Source of the DNA: Candidatus Eiseniibacteriota bacterium
Lineage (GTDB): Bacteria > Eisenbacteria > RBG-16-71-46 > JABDJR01
Assembly (NCBI GenBank): GCA_963783375.1
Contig: CAWANH010000028.1
Span: 1,664,001-1,728,000, forward strand
DNA length: 64,000 nt
Direction of reading: 5' to 3'
The notes beneath the pieces are model-generated. The model ran no database searches and was not told the origin of the DNA. It saw nothing but the letters and a program-made list of their open reading frames with translations. The first letter of the stretch is position 1; every line of letters begins with the position of its first letter. This document shows positions 16,625 through 27,352 of the stretch, one piece after another. Made by a program: the position numbers and the translations under genes.

Positions 16625-19540
16625 ATGCGGTGGTGGTTGGGCCTTCCTCGGGTATCCACTTTTCTTATCGCCCTAGTCGTGTTGATTGTCGTTCCGCCCG
16701 GGTGCAAGGACGATCAGCCGGCGCGAAACAGCCTTCCCGACATCGGGATCGTGAGCTGCCCACCCGAAGCGATGCCCTTGGGGAGCGACTGCGCTTTCTC
16801 CTGGTGGGCCTCGGATGAGGATGGGCAGGTCGTGGGCTACTACTACGGCCTCGACGACGACACCCCGGGGGTCTGGATCACCGCCACCGCCTGTACGGTT
16901 CAGGTGACGTTATCCGGAGCGCACACCTTCTACCTCCAGGCCGAGGACAACAAGGGCGGCCGGTCCGAAGTCGACTCCTGCGGCTTCACCATGGGCGAGG
17001 CCGTTCCCGGCTGCGTCGTCGCGCCGGCCAGCCTTGATTTCGGCAGCCTGACCGTCGGATCGACCGCGGAGCGGTCCTTCACCATCACCAACGACGGGAC
17101 CGGTACCCTGGCCGGTACGGTGACCGAGAGCTGCGGCGAGTACGAGCTGGTGAGCGGGGGAGGCGCTTACTCGCTCTCCCCGGCGGCCGTTCGGACGGTC
17201 ACCGTGAGGTTCTCCCCGTCCGCCTCCGGCACCTACACCTGCTCGATCGATCTCGGCGCTGAGGCCTGCACGGACGTCTCCTGCAGCGGCACGGCCACGG
17301 ACGTGACCGCCTGTGGCGTCGGCCCCACCAGCCTCGATTTCGGCACCGTGGACGTGGGATCGACCGCGGACCGGACCTTCACCATCACCAACAACGGGAC
17401 CGGTACCCTTGCCGGTACGGTGACCGAGAGCTGCGACCACTACCAGGTGGTGAGCGGAGGGGGAGCCTATTCCCTCGCCCCGGCGGCGGTTCGTACGGTG
17501 ACGGTGCGATTCGCCCCGACCGCCTCCGGAACCCATGCCTGCACCGTCAACCTTGGGGCGGCGGCCTGCACCGATGTCTCCTGCAGCGGCACGGCCGTGG
17601 ACGTGACGGCGTGCGACGTTAACCCCACCTCGCTCGACTTCGGTAGCGTGAGCGTCCAGTCGACGGTGGACCGGACCTTCACCATCACCAACAACGGGAC
17701 CGGGACCCTGGCCGGTTCGGTGACCGAAAGCTGCGACCACTACCAGGTGGTGAGCGGAGGGGGGGCCTACTCCCTCGCTCCGGCGGCGGTTCGCACGGTG
17801 ACGGTGCGATTCGCCCCGACCGCCTCCGGAACCCATGCCTGCACGGTGGACCTGGGGGTATCGGCTTGTTCCGACGTCGCGTGCACCGGGACGGCCACCG
17901 ATGTAATCGCCTGCGACGTCTCGCCGGCCAGCCTGGACTTCGGCAACGTCGACATCGGGAGCCTGGCCGACCTCACCTTCACCATCACCAACAACGGTAC
18001 CGCCTCGGTGGCCGGGATGGTCAGCGAGGGGTGCGAGTTCTATCACGTTGTCTACGGTAATGGCGCCTACACCCTGGCCCCGGGCGATTCGCGCGCGGTG
18101 ATCGTCCGGTTCGTTCCGCTCCAGGCCGGGTCCTTCTCCTGCCAGATCGACCTGGGCAGCGGCTCGTGTGGCGCGGTGTCCTGTTCGGCGACCGGAGTGG
18201 CCCTCGGCGGCACCGAATTCAAGGCGAACGTGATCTTCGCCTATCAATGGGCGATGGACCTGATCAGCGCCGTCGGCAACACGTTCACCTTCGAGCTTGG
18301 CGGCATGGTGCCGGATGTCAACGTGGGAGACGTGATCCTGGGGCTCAAGTCGGATCTGACGCCCTATGTGCGGAAGGTGGTGTCGGTGGTGCGGTCGGGG
18401 AGCCAGCTGATCCTGGAGATGATCGAGGCCTCCCTGGTCGACATCTACAAGGAGGTGGACAAGACGAACCAGTTCACGCTCCCGATCACCGATCCCGGGT
18501 CGGCGGGGGAGATTCTCGACGGGGTGAGGATCGCCGACGGTGGGCTGGAGTGGGACGGCTTCACCGTCGCCGTCCCCAGCCTCGGCTACGTCGCGGTGAA
18601 AGATGCCTACGTTCACCTGGACAACTTCACCATCGACACCGGCTACCGGATCGCCAACTCCTCGGTGGCGGAGCTTCAGAACCTGATCAACGTCGACATC
18701 ACCTTCGGGTGCGACCTCAGTGCCGGTCTCGACCTGGGGGCGCCGGGTGTCACCAGGACCGGGTCCTACACCGCGCCGGAAGTCAAGATCTACGAGAACA
18801 CCAAGACGTTCCAGAGCCAGGAGTGTGCTCCCCCCCTCGACTGCCCGTTTTCCATCCTGCCTCAGGTGGCCTGCGTGAATTACGGTCTTGGCGTTCCCGA
18901 GCTGTGTACCCAGCAGGGGGTTGACGCCGCCTGCGCGAGGTGGGCCGCGTCGCAACCGGACGTGTGCGTGAATCTCTGCCACGAGGTGACCTACACCGTG
19001 TACCTCGGCGGGGTGTACGACTGGTCCTTCACCAACGCTCCGGGTGAGGCCGGACCGGGGGCCGCGCCGTCGGGCTCGACCATCAACCTGGGCAACCTGG
19101 ATGGCGGGGTCTCGCTCGAGGTCGGCGAGAAGTACCTGAACGGAGCCTGGGACTTCATCCGGGACAGCGCGAAGATCCCGAGCCAGGTGAACCCCAGCTT
19201 CGGCACCTACTCGGTGATCGACATGAAGCCCTACGTGGTGGTGAAGATCCGGGACAAGGTGCACTTCTGCGACCTGGCTCTTCCTCCGTTCACGGCTCCG
19301 GTCACCCGGATCACCTACTACCTGCACTCGACGACCACCACGAGCCTGACCGAGTGGTGCCTGGACGTCCAGGGGGGCCGGACGGTCGAGATCCTGAACA
19401 CCGAGATTCCGCCGGCCTACGCGGACTATCTCGGCGAGAACATCTACCAGAACTGGAACGCGCCCGGGGTAAATCCGGACAGCTGGCCCCAGTACCACGG
19501 CTGCCATTCGTGGCTCCCGTTCGCGCCGAAGGAGGATTGA
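16625..19540 (+). CDS. large lipoprotein with four tandem choice-of-anchor-D/ASH-like Ig domains
   Basis: Hydrophobic N-terminus ending PGC; repeats P.SLDFG.V.VGST.DRTFTITNNGTGTLAG.V.E.C...V.VRF.P...G...C. Confidence 0.85.
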   Translation: MRWWLGLPRVSTFLIALVVLIVVPPGCKDDQPARNSLPDIGIVSCPPEAMPLGSDCAFSWWASDEDGQVVGYYYGLDDDTPGVWITATACTVQVTLSGAHTFYLQAEDNKGGRSEVDSCGFTMGEAVPGCVVAPASLDFGSLTVGSTAERSFTITNDGTGTLAGTVTESCGEYELVSGGGAYSLSPAAVRTVTVRFSPSASGTYTCSIDLGAEACTDVSCSGTATDVTACGVGPTSLDFGTVDVGSTADRTFTITNNGTGTLAGTVTESCDHYQVVSGGGAYSLAPAAVRTVTVRFAPTASGTHACTVNLGAAACTDVSCSGTAVDVTACDVNPTSLDFGSVSVQSTVDRTFTITNNGTGTLAGSVTESCDHYQVVSGGGAYSLAPAAVRTVTVRFAPTASGTHACTVDLGVSACSDVACTGTATDVIACDVSPASLDFGNVDIGSLADLTFTITNNGTASVAGMVSEGCEFYHVVYGNGAYTLAPGDSRAVIVRFVPLQAGSFSCQIDLGSGSCGAVSCSATGVALGGTEFKANVIFAYQWAMDLISAVGNTFTFELGGMVPDVNVGDVILGLKSDLTPYVRKVVSVVRSGSQLILEMIEASLVDIYKEVDKTNQFTLPITDPGSAGEILDGVRIADGGLEWDGFTVAVPSLGYVAVKDAYVHLDNFTIDTGYRIANSSVAELQNLINVDITFGCDLSAGLDLGAPGVTRTGSYTAPEVKIYENTKTFQSQECAPPLDCPFSILPQVACVNYGLGVPELCTQQGVDAACARWAASQPDVCVNLCHEVTYTVYLGGVYDWSFTNAPGEAGPGAAPSGSTINLGNLDGGVSLEVGEKYLNGAWDFIRDSAKIPSQVNPSFGTYSVIDMKPYVVVKIRDKVHFCDLALPPFTAPVTRITYYLHSTTTTSLTEWCLDVQGGRTVEILNTEIPPAYADYLGENIYQNWNAPGVNPDSWPQYHGCHSWLPFAPKED
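17011..18200 (+). repeat. four intragenic ~300-bp tandem repeats
   Basis: CCTTCACCATCACCAAC recurs at exactly 300-bp intervals; units 2 and 3 are nearly identical. Confidence 0.9.
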
Positions 19541-19645
19541 GTACCGCATGGGTGCTTCTTCGCCACCCCGGCGGGGAAGCGAGTGTCGATGGGTCGCGCC
19601 GGCTCCGGGTCCTGGACGGCCCTGGGCCGGCTTGGGAGAGACAAC

Positions 19646-21964
19646 ATGAGACGAACATCATGCATGCGGGCCGGAGTGATCGCTCTGGCGGCCGCCATGC
19701 TCTTCGCACTTGCCGTGAGCTGTGGCCACGACGAGCGGCGGAACCGAGCCGCCGTCACCGAACCGTCGGTCTCGCCGTCCGCCACGACGATCCCCGAGCA
19801 CGAGGCCGGCGCTTCGAACCGTGTGGCCCTCTTCGGGACCGCGGCCTCCTTCGACGGCGGGATCCTGGTCGTGGAGATGCCCCCGGCGGTGGTCCCCGGC
19901 CGGGAACCGCCGGTCCGTCGCTGGATCCCCGTCCCCGGACTGGGTGACGTCGCCGGAAAGCGGGTGCGCGTGGCGATCGACGACGCGACCACTATCCAGA
20001 TCCAGGACGGCGGTTCGGAATCCGTTCCCCCCGGAACCCCCGTCATGGTCGCGGGTGTGGTTTCTGGCGACCGGGTACTGGCGCGTCTCGTGGCTGACAT
20101 GCGCATCATCGACGCCTACTTCCGTTCCCCCGAAGCTCCGGCGCTTCCGCAGATCGAAGGGACCTGGCGGGAGCTGGCACCGGACGAGCTGCCGGCGATC
20201 CTCCCCCCTCCGGGGTCCGGATTCGCGGGGGAGCGCGCCGCCCTGCAGGCGATCGCGGTTTCCGACCGCTCCCAGACTCTGGAATTCAAGGGTGAGATCG
20301 ATTCGCCGCTGGGTGGGGGGTGGAATTCGGGGTCGCTCTTCATTCCGATCTCCACGATGCCCGGACTGTTCCTGAAGTCCATCGCGGTGAAGGCGAGTGT
20401 CGGTGGGGGCCACTTCAACTTCCCCTTCACCTTCGACCTCGATTCCCCCGCGCCTCTGTTCGTGGACTCCAACGGGCTCCTGGACGTATCGGTGACCCCG
20501 AAGGAGCCGGATGGAGGGGCCACCAGCTACGACTGGCTCCAGGGTGTCCTGCTCACGGTCAAGGTCACCTACTGGGGTCTGGACTTCAGCCAAGACGTGG
20601 GCGAGGCACAGTCGTTCGAGATGACCGACGCGGCTCCCATGCCCGGAGAGACCATCGAGGTTCCTCATCCCGACTGTCTCAAGTTCCAGATCCTCAAGAT
20701 CAAGGATCTTCCGTCGCCGTTCGAGGTGAGGGTCTGTCTCGACCAGACGTTCCACGGCGAGCCGTTCGGGGTGGACACCCTGGTCGTGGACGGCTCGACC
20801 CACCCGGCAATCGAGGACCCACTCGCATACTTCAAGTGCCCGCTGTTCGGGGGAGAGCCGGGCAACTGGGAGCTCAAGCCGGAGTGGCCGTTCGATGGAA
20901 CCACGCCGCTGATATTCCCGGTCAGGCCGTCCACGAACCCGCTCACCGTGGATCTGAGAGGGTTTCTCTATCGGCCCACTCGGGATCTGGGCATGAGCCT
21001 GGAGCTGTCCTTCCTGGGGCATACCTACTTCGACACTCCGACACTGACCCTCACGAGGGACGGCTGCGAGAACTACGTCCCGCCCGACCAGGAGGATTGC
21101 CCGCCCTACCTGGGATCCGGAACCTGCGGCGAACAACCCAAGATGGTGAGCCTGGCCCTGCCGGTGATCCCGGTGGTGACCTCGGTCACCGCCACGCCGT
21201 ACCTGTCCCGGGTGGGCGACACCGTGGTGCTCGAAGCCCTGGTGCGGGGCGCGAACGGCCCCGGATTGAGCCCCAGGGAGGTCTCGTTCTACGACGACGA
21301 CGCGCTCCTCGGCGTGGCCCCGATCGACGGGGCGGACGTGGCCAAGCTGAGCGTCTCCACCTTGAGCCCGTGCCGGCATGAGATTCGGGCCGTGTTCATC
21401 GGGATGGACGACGAGGGCACGGCCTATCCCAGCGAGAAGAGCACGCTGGCCCTGGTCACCGGTGACGCCGACATGGCCCGGTCCGAAGGTTACTGGCAGC
21501 ATCAGATGAAGGGGAACGGGGCGATGGCCTACGAAGCCGGCACCCTCTCCTGCTACCTGGCGGTGGCCGGTGAGCTGAGCGCGGTGTTCGGCGAGCGGCG
21601 GGATGCAACCACCACCGCCCATGCTCACGACGTGCTCTTCCTCCGGCAGAATCACGGTTCGGCCCTGGAGCAGCTCGACCGGGAGCTTCTGGTCGCCTGG
21701 CTGAACGTGGCCTCGGGCGGCTTGCGCTGGGACCACGGGGTGGACCTGGACCGCGACGGGATCGCTGACGTGTCGTGCATGGACGTGCTGAACCGCGCCG
21801 AGAGTGTTCGCCTCGATCCGTCGGCCACGGAGTCCGACTGCCTCAGGTACGCCCAGATCGTGCACACCATGAAGGCCATGGCGCCGGATGGGCCCGGCAT
21901 GCCGGAGACCCAGGTCGTGCCCGGTAACAAGCAACGCCCGGGGGAGGTGACCTCCGGGTTCTGA
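19646..21964 (+). CDS. large lipoprotein with a Big_3-like Ig domain
   Basis: Lipobox AVSC; VGDTVVLEALV...VSFYDDDALLGVAPI...HEIRAVF Ig-like segment; DLDRDG putative Ca loop. Confidence 0.78.
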   Translation: MRRTSCMRAGVIALAAAMLFALAVSCGHDERRNRAAVTEPSVSPSATTIPEHEAGASNRVALFGTAASFDGGILVVEMPPAVVPGREPPVRRWIPVPGLGDVAGKRVRVAIDDATTIQIQDGGSESVPPGTPVMVAGVVSGDRVLARLVADMRIIDAYFRSPEAPALPQIEGTWRELAPDELPAILPPPGSGFAGERAALQAIAVSDRSQTLEFKGEIDSPLGGGWNSGSLFIPISTMPGLFLKSIAVKASVGGGHFNFPFTFDLDSPAPLFVDSNGLLDVSVTPKEPDGGATSYDWLQGVLLTVKVTYWGLDFSQDVGEAQSFEMTDAAPMPGETIEVPHPDCLKFQILKIKDLPSPFEVRVCLDQTFHGEPFGVDTLVVDGSTHPAIEDPLAYFKCPLFGGEPGNWELKPEWPFDGTTPLIFPVRPSTNPLTVDLRGFLYRPTRDLGMSLELSFLGHTYFDTPTLTLTRDGCENYVPPDQEDCPPYLGSGTCGEQPKMVSLALPVIPVVTSVTATPYLSRVGDTVVLEALVRGANGPGLSPREVSFYDDDALLGVAPIDGADVAKLSVSTLSPCRHEIRAVFIGMDDEGTAYPSEKSTLALVTGDADMARSEGYWQHQMKGNGAMAYEAGTLSCYLAVAGELSAVFGERRDATTTAHAHDVLFLRQNHGSALEQLDRELLVAWLNVASGGLRWDHGVDLDRDGIADVSCMDVLNRAESVRLDPSATESDCLRYAQIVHTMKAMAPDGPGMPETQVVPGNKQRPGEVTSGF

Positions 21965-21975
21965 TCCAAACGAAG

Positions 21976-22015
21976 GTCCCCGCCTTCCTCCTGGGAGGGC
22001 GGGGACGCTTTCTCT
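21976..22015 (+). terminator. rho-independent terminator
   Basis: GTCCCCGCCTTCC/GGAGGGCGGGGAC stem followed by GCTTTCTCT. Confidence 0.65.
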
Positions 22016-22075
22016 GCCTCGAATCCGCGGGGGGAGCGGCGTGGCCGCTTCCCCCGCGATCGTCAATGATTCCGG

Positions 22076-22909
22076 CTAGTAGATATCCAGCGGCACGTCG
22101 TGAACCGGGGCGGGGAACTCCCGGTTCAAGCTTGCCAGGTCTTCCCGGGTAAGCTCGATCTCCACCGAGGCCGCGTTGGCGCGGACGTGCTCCTCCTCGG
22201 ACGCCTTCACGATGGCCACCACCCCGCGGTGGTGGACGGTCCAGGCCAGGGCGATCTGCTCCGGGCTCAGGCCGTGGCGCTCGGCTACTTCACGCAATCC
22301 GGGCTGCTCCCCAAGCTGGCCGCGCTCGAGCGGGGAATAGGCCATGACCACGATCTGGCGCTCGGCGCACCAGGGAAGGAGCCCCGGCTCGATGTTCCGC
22401 CGCTCCAGGTTGTAGAGCACCTGGTCCGCGGCCATCCGGTCGCCACCGGGCAGTTCCTGGGCTTCCTTCATGGCCTCGAGATCGAAGTTGCTGACCCCGT
22501 AGTCCATGATCTTCCCCGCGTCCACCAGCTCCTGAAAGGCCTCGAAGGTTTCCTCCAGGGGATGATTCCCCGGCCAGTGGAGGAGATAAAGGTCCAGCCG
22601 GTCGGTCCCGAGGCGCTTCAGGCTCCGCTCCGCCGCGTGGACGATTCCCTTTCGCGACGCGTTCTGCGGCGACACCTTGGACACCAGGTAGACCTCGTCC
22701 CGGCGGCCGCGGATCGCCTCGCCCACCACCTTCTCGGCGCCGCCGGAGGCGTAGGACTCCGCGGTGTCCACCAGGGTGAGACCCAGGTCGAAGCCGAGCT
22801 GGAGCGCCCGGACCTCGTCCTTCTTCCGGGCGGCCTTCTCTCCCATGTGCCAGGTGCCCTGACCGAGGACCGGAAAATGTGCGCCGGTCCGAGCCTCGAT
22901 GGTGCGCAT
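22076..22909 (-). CDS. aldo/keto reductase
   Basis: LGQGTW, DTAESY, LVSKV, DLYLLHW, GVSNF, MAYSPL. Confidence 0.95.
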   Translation of the reverse strand: MRTIEARTGAHFPVLGQGTWHMGEKAARKKDEVRALQLGFDLGLTLVDTAESYASGGAEKVVGEAIRGRRDEVYLVSKVSPQNASRKGIVHAAERSLKRLGTDRLDLYLLHWPGNHPLEETFEAFQELVDAGKIMDYGVSNFDLEAMKEAQELPGGDRMAADQVLYNLERRNIEPGLLPWCAERQIVVMAYSPLERGQLGEQPGLREVAERHGLSPEQIALAWTVHHRGVVAIVKASEEEHVRANAASVEIELTREDLASLNREFPAPVHDVPLDIY

Positions 22910-23056
22910 CGTGAACCTCCCCTGGGTACTTCCCCGCGAGGGGGACAGAACCTAACCCCCATGAAGCCAAAGCGTTAGCAGTCTACCGGGTAAAGCCGGG
23001 GCGGCCGGGTTCACCGGCCGCCCCCCATCTTAGCGCGAACGCGGCCGAGTTCCCAA

Positions 23057-23831
23057 TCAGTCGAAGAGGGCCTCGACCTTCCGGTACTGGTCGTGAACCG
23101 ACTCCACCGCCGCCGCCGCCGGCTCCCAGGAGCTGCCGCCGGCGGTTTCCTGGAGGGCCTGGGTGCGCTCGCAAAGGGTCGGCGATCTCGCTCTTCAGGG
23201 TGTCGGACTTCTCCGCGAACCAATCGGGCACCGAGGCCTCGGAGAGGCGCGCACACCGTTCGGACAGAGCGGCGGACGCTTCCCGCAACGACTCCAGATC
23301 CTTGGCCGGCAGGTGCCGGTGATAGATCTTGTAGAGCTCCACGTGATAGGCGTCGAGTTCCTTCATCACCGGCCGCACCACCCGAACCTGCTTCTCGAAG
23401 TCGGTGTGGAGCGACTCCACCGCCCTCATCAGGGCCTCTTCGTCGTCGGCCGCCGCCGCGGTCTCGTAGGCCGCGAGGTCGGCGCGGAGGCGATCCAGCC
23501 CCTCCGCCCAGGCCGCGCTCTTGTCCCGAAGTATCCCCGGCAGCTCCGCCGCCGCCACCGCCTCGACGTGCTCCCGCACCTGGGGGAGAAGTTCCTTCAT
23601 CATCGCGGTGTCCTTCTCCGGCCAGGCGGTGTGCCAGAGGGGAAAGATCACCTCGTGGAACGCGGTGAGCGCGGGAACCTCGGCCTTGAGTTCGGTCTCG
23701 CCCGCCGCCTCCGCCTGGTCCCCCTTGTCTCCGCCCGCCGTCCCGTGGGAGGGGCAGGGAGGCTCCGCCGCGGCAAAACCCCAGATGAAAGCTCCCAGCA
23801 ACGCCGTCAGCACCCAGATCCGACCGATCAT
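23057..23831 (-). CDS. secreted His-containing helical protein with internal duplication; apparent frameshift near 23180
   Basis: Signal peptide; two similar halves (FHEVIFPLWH...VESLH / YHVELYKIYH...VESVH), the second completed only after a frame change. Confidence 0.7.
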
Positions 23832-24016
23832 GTCGTCTTTCCTCCTCCCCGCCACGGGTTCACCACACGGGGACGCCCCCCGGTGAGCCGTATTGTTCCG
23901 ATTCCGGAGGCGAAACTCAAGCGCCATCGGCGGGGAGGAATCGTGACCTTGCCGGGCCGAAACGCGTCTACACTGTGGGCCACGCATCTCCCCGCCCGGG
24001 TGAGAAAGGGGTGTTC

Positions 24017-25732
24017 GTGACGGAGTCGGTCGGGATACGGCCGGGGATGCGACGCGTCCTCGTCCTCCTCGCGGTCCTGGTGGCGGTGGCGGCGGTCCTC
24101 GCTTGGGGCACCGTGCACGAGGTGCAGTCCGGTGCGCGCGAGGTCGAGGCCCTGATGACCGCCCACGCCCGCTCCATCGCCGACGTGGTGGCGGAGAGCG
24201 GCCGGCACAGCCTCGAGGCCTATCTCCGGTGGGAGAACGAGATCGCCGGGCGCCTGGTCGACAACGCCCGGTGGGTGGCGCTCCAGGACTCGGAGTCCCC
24301 CCTGGACTCCGCCCAGCTCGCCCGCTTCGCCGAAGCCCACCATCTCCACCGCATCAACCTCTTCGACGCCCGGGGGGACCGCGTGGCCACCAGCAGCCCC
24401 GAGGAGGACCACGGCGACGTCCTTCCCCGGCACCATCCGCGCGATTTCATCGCCCCGATCCTCGAAGGCCGGACCGCCGTCCTCCGGATCGGGTTCAAGC
24501 CCGCCCGGTTCCTCCCCGGCCGCCGGTTCGCGGTGGCGGTGGCCCGCCCCGGCGGGGGAGCGGTGGTGGTGAACGTGGACGCCGACACCATGCTGGCCGC
24601 GCTCGAGACCATGAACCCCGGCCACCTCTTCCGCACCCTGGGCGAGGCCCACGGAGTGCGCTACCTGGCCATCCAGGACCGGGATGGGATCCTGGCCGCC
24701 TCGCCGGGCGCGGCGGACTACGCGTTGAGCGGCGCCGGCGACTCCGCCTTCGCCGGGCTCCGCACCGAACAGGACCTCCTCACCCGGGTGCTCGACTCCC
24801 CCGTGGGGAAGGTGTTCGAAGTGGACCGCCTGGTGCAGTTCCCGGGGGAGAAGCCGGCGGTGCTCCGGGTGGGGCTCGACGCCGCGCCGCTCATGACCGC
24901 CCGGTCCGACCTCCGGCGTCGGGCCTGGATGCGCTCCGTGCTCTTTCTCCTCACCGCCGGGCTCGCCGGGGGGCTCCTCCTGGCCTGGCAACGTCACGGG
25001 CTCCTGGACCGCGAGATGGCCCGGACCCGGGTCGAGCTCACCGCCGCCGCCGAGGAGGCGCGCCGCACCGAGAAGCTGGCCGCGATGGGGGCTCTGGCCT
25101 CGGGGGTGGCCCACGAGATCCGAAACCCCCTCAACACCATCCACATGATCGCCCAGCAACTCGGCCGCGAGCGGGCGCTGAGCGCCGAGGTTCGCGAGGA
25201 AGCGGGACACGTGCGGTCGGAGGCGGAGCGCATCGAGGGAATCGTGCAGCAGTTCCTGGAGTTCGCCCGGCCCCGCGCGCCCCGGCCCGAGAGCTTCGAT
25301 GCCGGCGAGGTGGTGGCCGGCGCCGCGCGCGCCCAGGAAGCGGCCTTCGCCGCCGCCGGGTTGACCCTGGTGGTGGAGGCGGACCACATTCCGGTGCGGC
25401 TCGACCGGGAGTTCCTGGTGGAGATCGTGGAGAACCTGGTCCGGAACGCCCGGGAGGCGAGCCCCCCCGCAGGGACGGTCCGGGTGTCCGCCCGCCGCCG
25501 GCGCGATGCGGCCGAGATCTCGGTCGCGGACGAGGGGGCGGGAGTGCCCGAGGAGATCGGGCCCCGGATCTTCGACCTGTACTTCACCACCAAAGCGGGG
25601 GGGAGCGGGCTGGGGTTGAGCCTGGTGTCGCGCATGGTGTCGGACCTGGGGGGGACGGTGCGACGGGACCCGGCGCAAGCGCCCGGAGCGCGATTCGTGG
25701 TGCGCCTGCCCCTGGATGGAGGCGGACGATGA
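24017..25732 (+). CDS. membrane sensor histidine kinase (NtrB/ZraS-like)
   Basis: Two TM segments; H-box VAHEIRNPL; N-box NLVRNA; DEGAG, FTTK, GSGLGL. Confidence 0.93.
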   Translation: MTESVGIRPGMRRVLVLLAVLVAVAAVLAWGTVHEVQSGAREVEALMTAHARSIADVVAESGRHSLEAYLRWENEIAGRLVDNARWVALQDSESPLDSAQLARFAEAHHLHRINLFDARGDRVATSSPEEDHGDVLPRHHPRDFIAPILEGRTAVLRIGFKPARFLPGRRFAVAVARPGGGAVVVNVDADTMLAALETMNPGHLFRTLGEAHGVRYLAIQDRDGILAASPGAADYALSGAGDSAFAGLRTEQDLLTRVLDSPVGKVFEVDRLVQFPGEKPAVLRVGLDAAPLMTARSDLRRRAWMRSVLFLLTAGLAGGLLLAWQRHGLLDREMARTRVELTAAAEEARRTEKLAAMGALASGVAHEIRNPLNTIHMIAQQLGRERALSAEVREEAGHVRSEAERIEGIVQQFLEFARPRAPRPESFDAGEVVAGAARAQEAAFAAAGLTLVVEADHIPVRLDREFLVEIVENLVRNAREASPPAGTVRVSARRRRDAAEISVADEGAGVPEEIGPRIFDLYFTTKAGGSGLGLSLVSRMVSDLGGTVRRDPAQAPGARFVVRLPLDGGGR

Positions 25733-27104
25733 ACGCGGCGACGATCGTGGTGGCCGACGACGAGACCCTTCAGCGGAAGACCCTGGCCGGCTTCCTGGCC
25801 AAGGCCGGCCATCGGGTGATCGAGGCGGCCTCGGGCGAGGAGGCGGTGCGCGCGGTCGAAGGGGGGCCGGTGGATCTGGTGCTCACCGACCTCCGCATGC
25901 CCGGCCTCTCCGGGATGGATGTGGTGCGGCAGGTGAAGGCGATCCAGCCCGAGGTCGCGGTGGTGGTGCTCACCGCCTTCGGCACCGTCCGGGGGGCGGT
26001 GGAAGCGATGAAGGCGGGAGCCGCCGACTACCTCACCAAGCCGGTGGACCTGGACGAGCTGGATCTGGTGGTGGCCCGCGTGCTGGAGACGCGGGACCTG
26101 GTGCGGGAGAACCGGGAGCTTCGGCGGCGGCTGGAGGAATCCACCGCCGGGTTCCGCCTCCTGGGGCGGTCGGCCGCGCTCCGCGAGGTGCTCTCCCTGG
26201 GCGCCCGGGTGGCCGGGACCGATGCCACCGTCCTCATCCGGGGAGAGAGCGGAACCGGGAAGGAGCTCCTGGCCCGCTCCATCCACCTCCTGGGGCGACG
26301 GGCCGAGGGGCCGTTCGTGGCGATCAACTGCGCCGCGCTTCCGGAGACGCTCCTGGAGAGCGAGCTCTTCGGCCACGAACGGGGCTCCTTCACCGGGGCC
26401 GAGCGCCGCCACCGCGGCCGGGTGGAAGCGGCCGAGGGGGGAACCCTCTTCCTGGACGAGATCGGGGACGTGGCGCCGGCGGTGCAGGTCAAGCTCCTCC
26501 GGTTCCTGCAAGAGCGCGAGTTCACGCCGGTGGGGGGGAGGCCGCCCTCCGCGCCGACGTCCGGGTCATGGCCGCCACCCATCGCGACCTCGAGGCGATG
26601 ATGCGCGACGGCGGCTTCCGCGACGACCTCTTCTACCGGCTGAACGTGGTGAGCCTCACCCTCCCCCCGCTCCGGGACCGGCGCGAGGACATCCCCGAGC
26701 TGATCGAGCACTTCCTGGCCCGCTTCGCCCGGCGCCACGACCGTCCGGTCACCCAGGCCAGCCGCGAAGCCACCGACGCCCTGATCAAGTACGCCTACCC
26801 CGGAAACGTGCGCGAGCTGGAGAACATCGTGGAGCAGGCGGTGATCCTGGCCCGGGGGCAGGTGATCATGGTGGAGGATCTTCCACCCGCGGTGCGGCGG
26901 CCGGGCGGCGGCGGCCCGGCGGACCCGCTCTCCCCGGATGCCGTGGAAGGAAATCTCCCCGCGGTGCTCGACGACCTGGAGCGCCGGATCGTGCTCGAGA
27001 CCCTGGCTCGCGAGGGGGGGAACCAGAGCGAGACCGCGCGGCGGCTCGGCCTCACCGAGAGCGGGCTTCGCTACAAGCTCAAGCGCTGGCAGGGGTCGGA
27101 GTAG
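25729..27104 (+). CDS. sigma54-dependent response regulator (NtrC/ZraR/AtoC family); frameshift in a G run near 26535
   Basis: Receiver (ADDE, TDLRMPG); [21 protein letters not shown]; then frame change to [26 protein letters not shown] and a Fis HTH. Confidence 0.92.
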
Positions 27105-27109
27105 CCGGG

Positions 27110-27160
27110 TCGTCAGAATCCTGCGAGCGGAAGCCTCGAGGCCTCGGTGATCCCTGCGAG
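27110..27160. promoter_or_regulatory. two candidate enhancer (UAS) sites for the adjacent activator
   Basis: Imperfect palindromes TCGTCAGAATCCTGCGA and CTCGGTGATCCCTGCGAG share CCTGCGAG; centres ~33 bp apart; just over 100 bp upstream of the -24 element. Confidence 0.35.
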
Positions 27161-27266
27161 GTGACGGGCCGACGGCGCGGCCCGGACGGCGCCCCCCGCG
27201 AGCCGCGATGCCCCAAACCCCGCCCCCCCAAGCCCCAAGCCGTTCTGTTCCTGGCACCCGCAAAAC

Positions 27267-27283
27267 CGGCACGTTCGATGCTC
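27267..27283 (+). promoter_or_regulatory. sigma54 (-24/-12) promoter CGGCAC-GTTCG-ATGCT
   Basis: GG-N10-GC spacing; sits directly downstream of the sigma54 activator gene. Confidence 0.65.
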
Positions 27284-27352
27284 TATGACCGGGCAGGCCC
27301 CAACGAACAGGTGCGGTCCGAGGGTTCGGGCCGAACCGGAAGGAGATGGATC

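Noticed and set aside
17011-18200. Regularly spaced repeats as a CRISPR-like array
   Set aside because: 300-bp in-frame protein domain repeats, with no unique spacers or cas genes
26520-26545. Programmed frameshifting in the sigma54 regulator
   Set aside because: G homopolymer among many similar indels; sequencing error is more parsimonious
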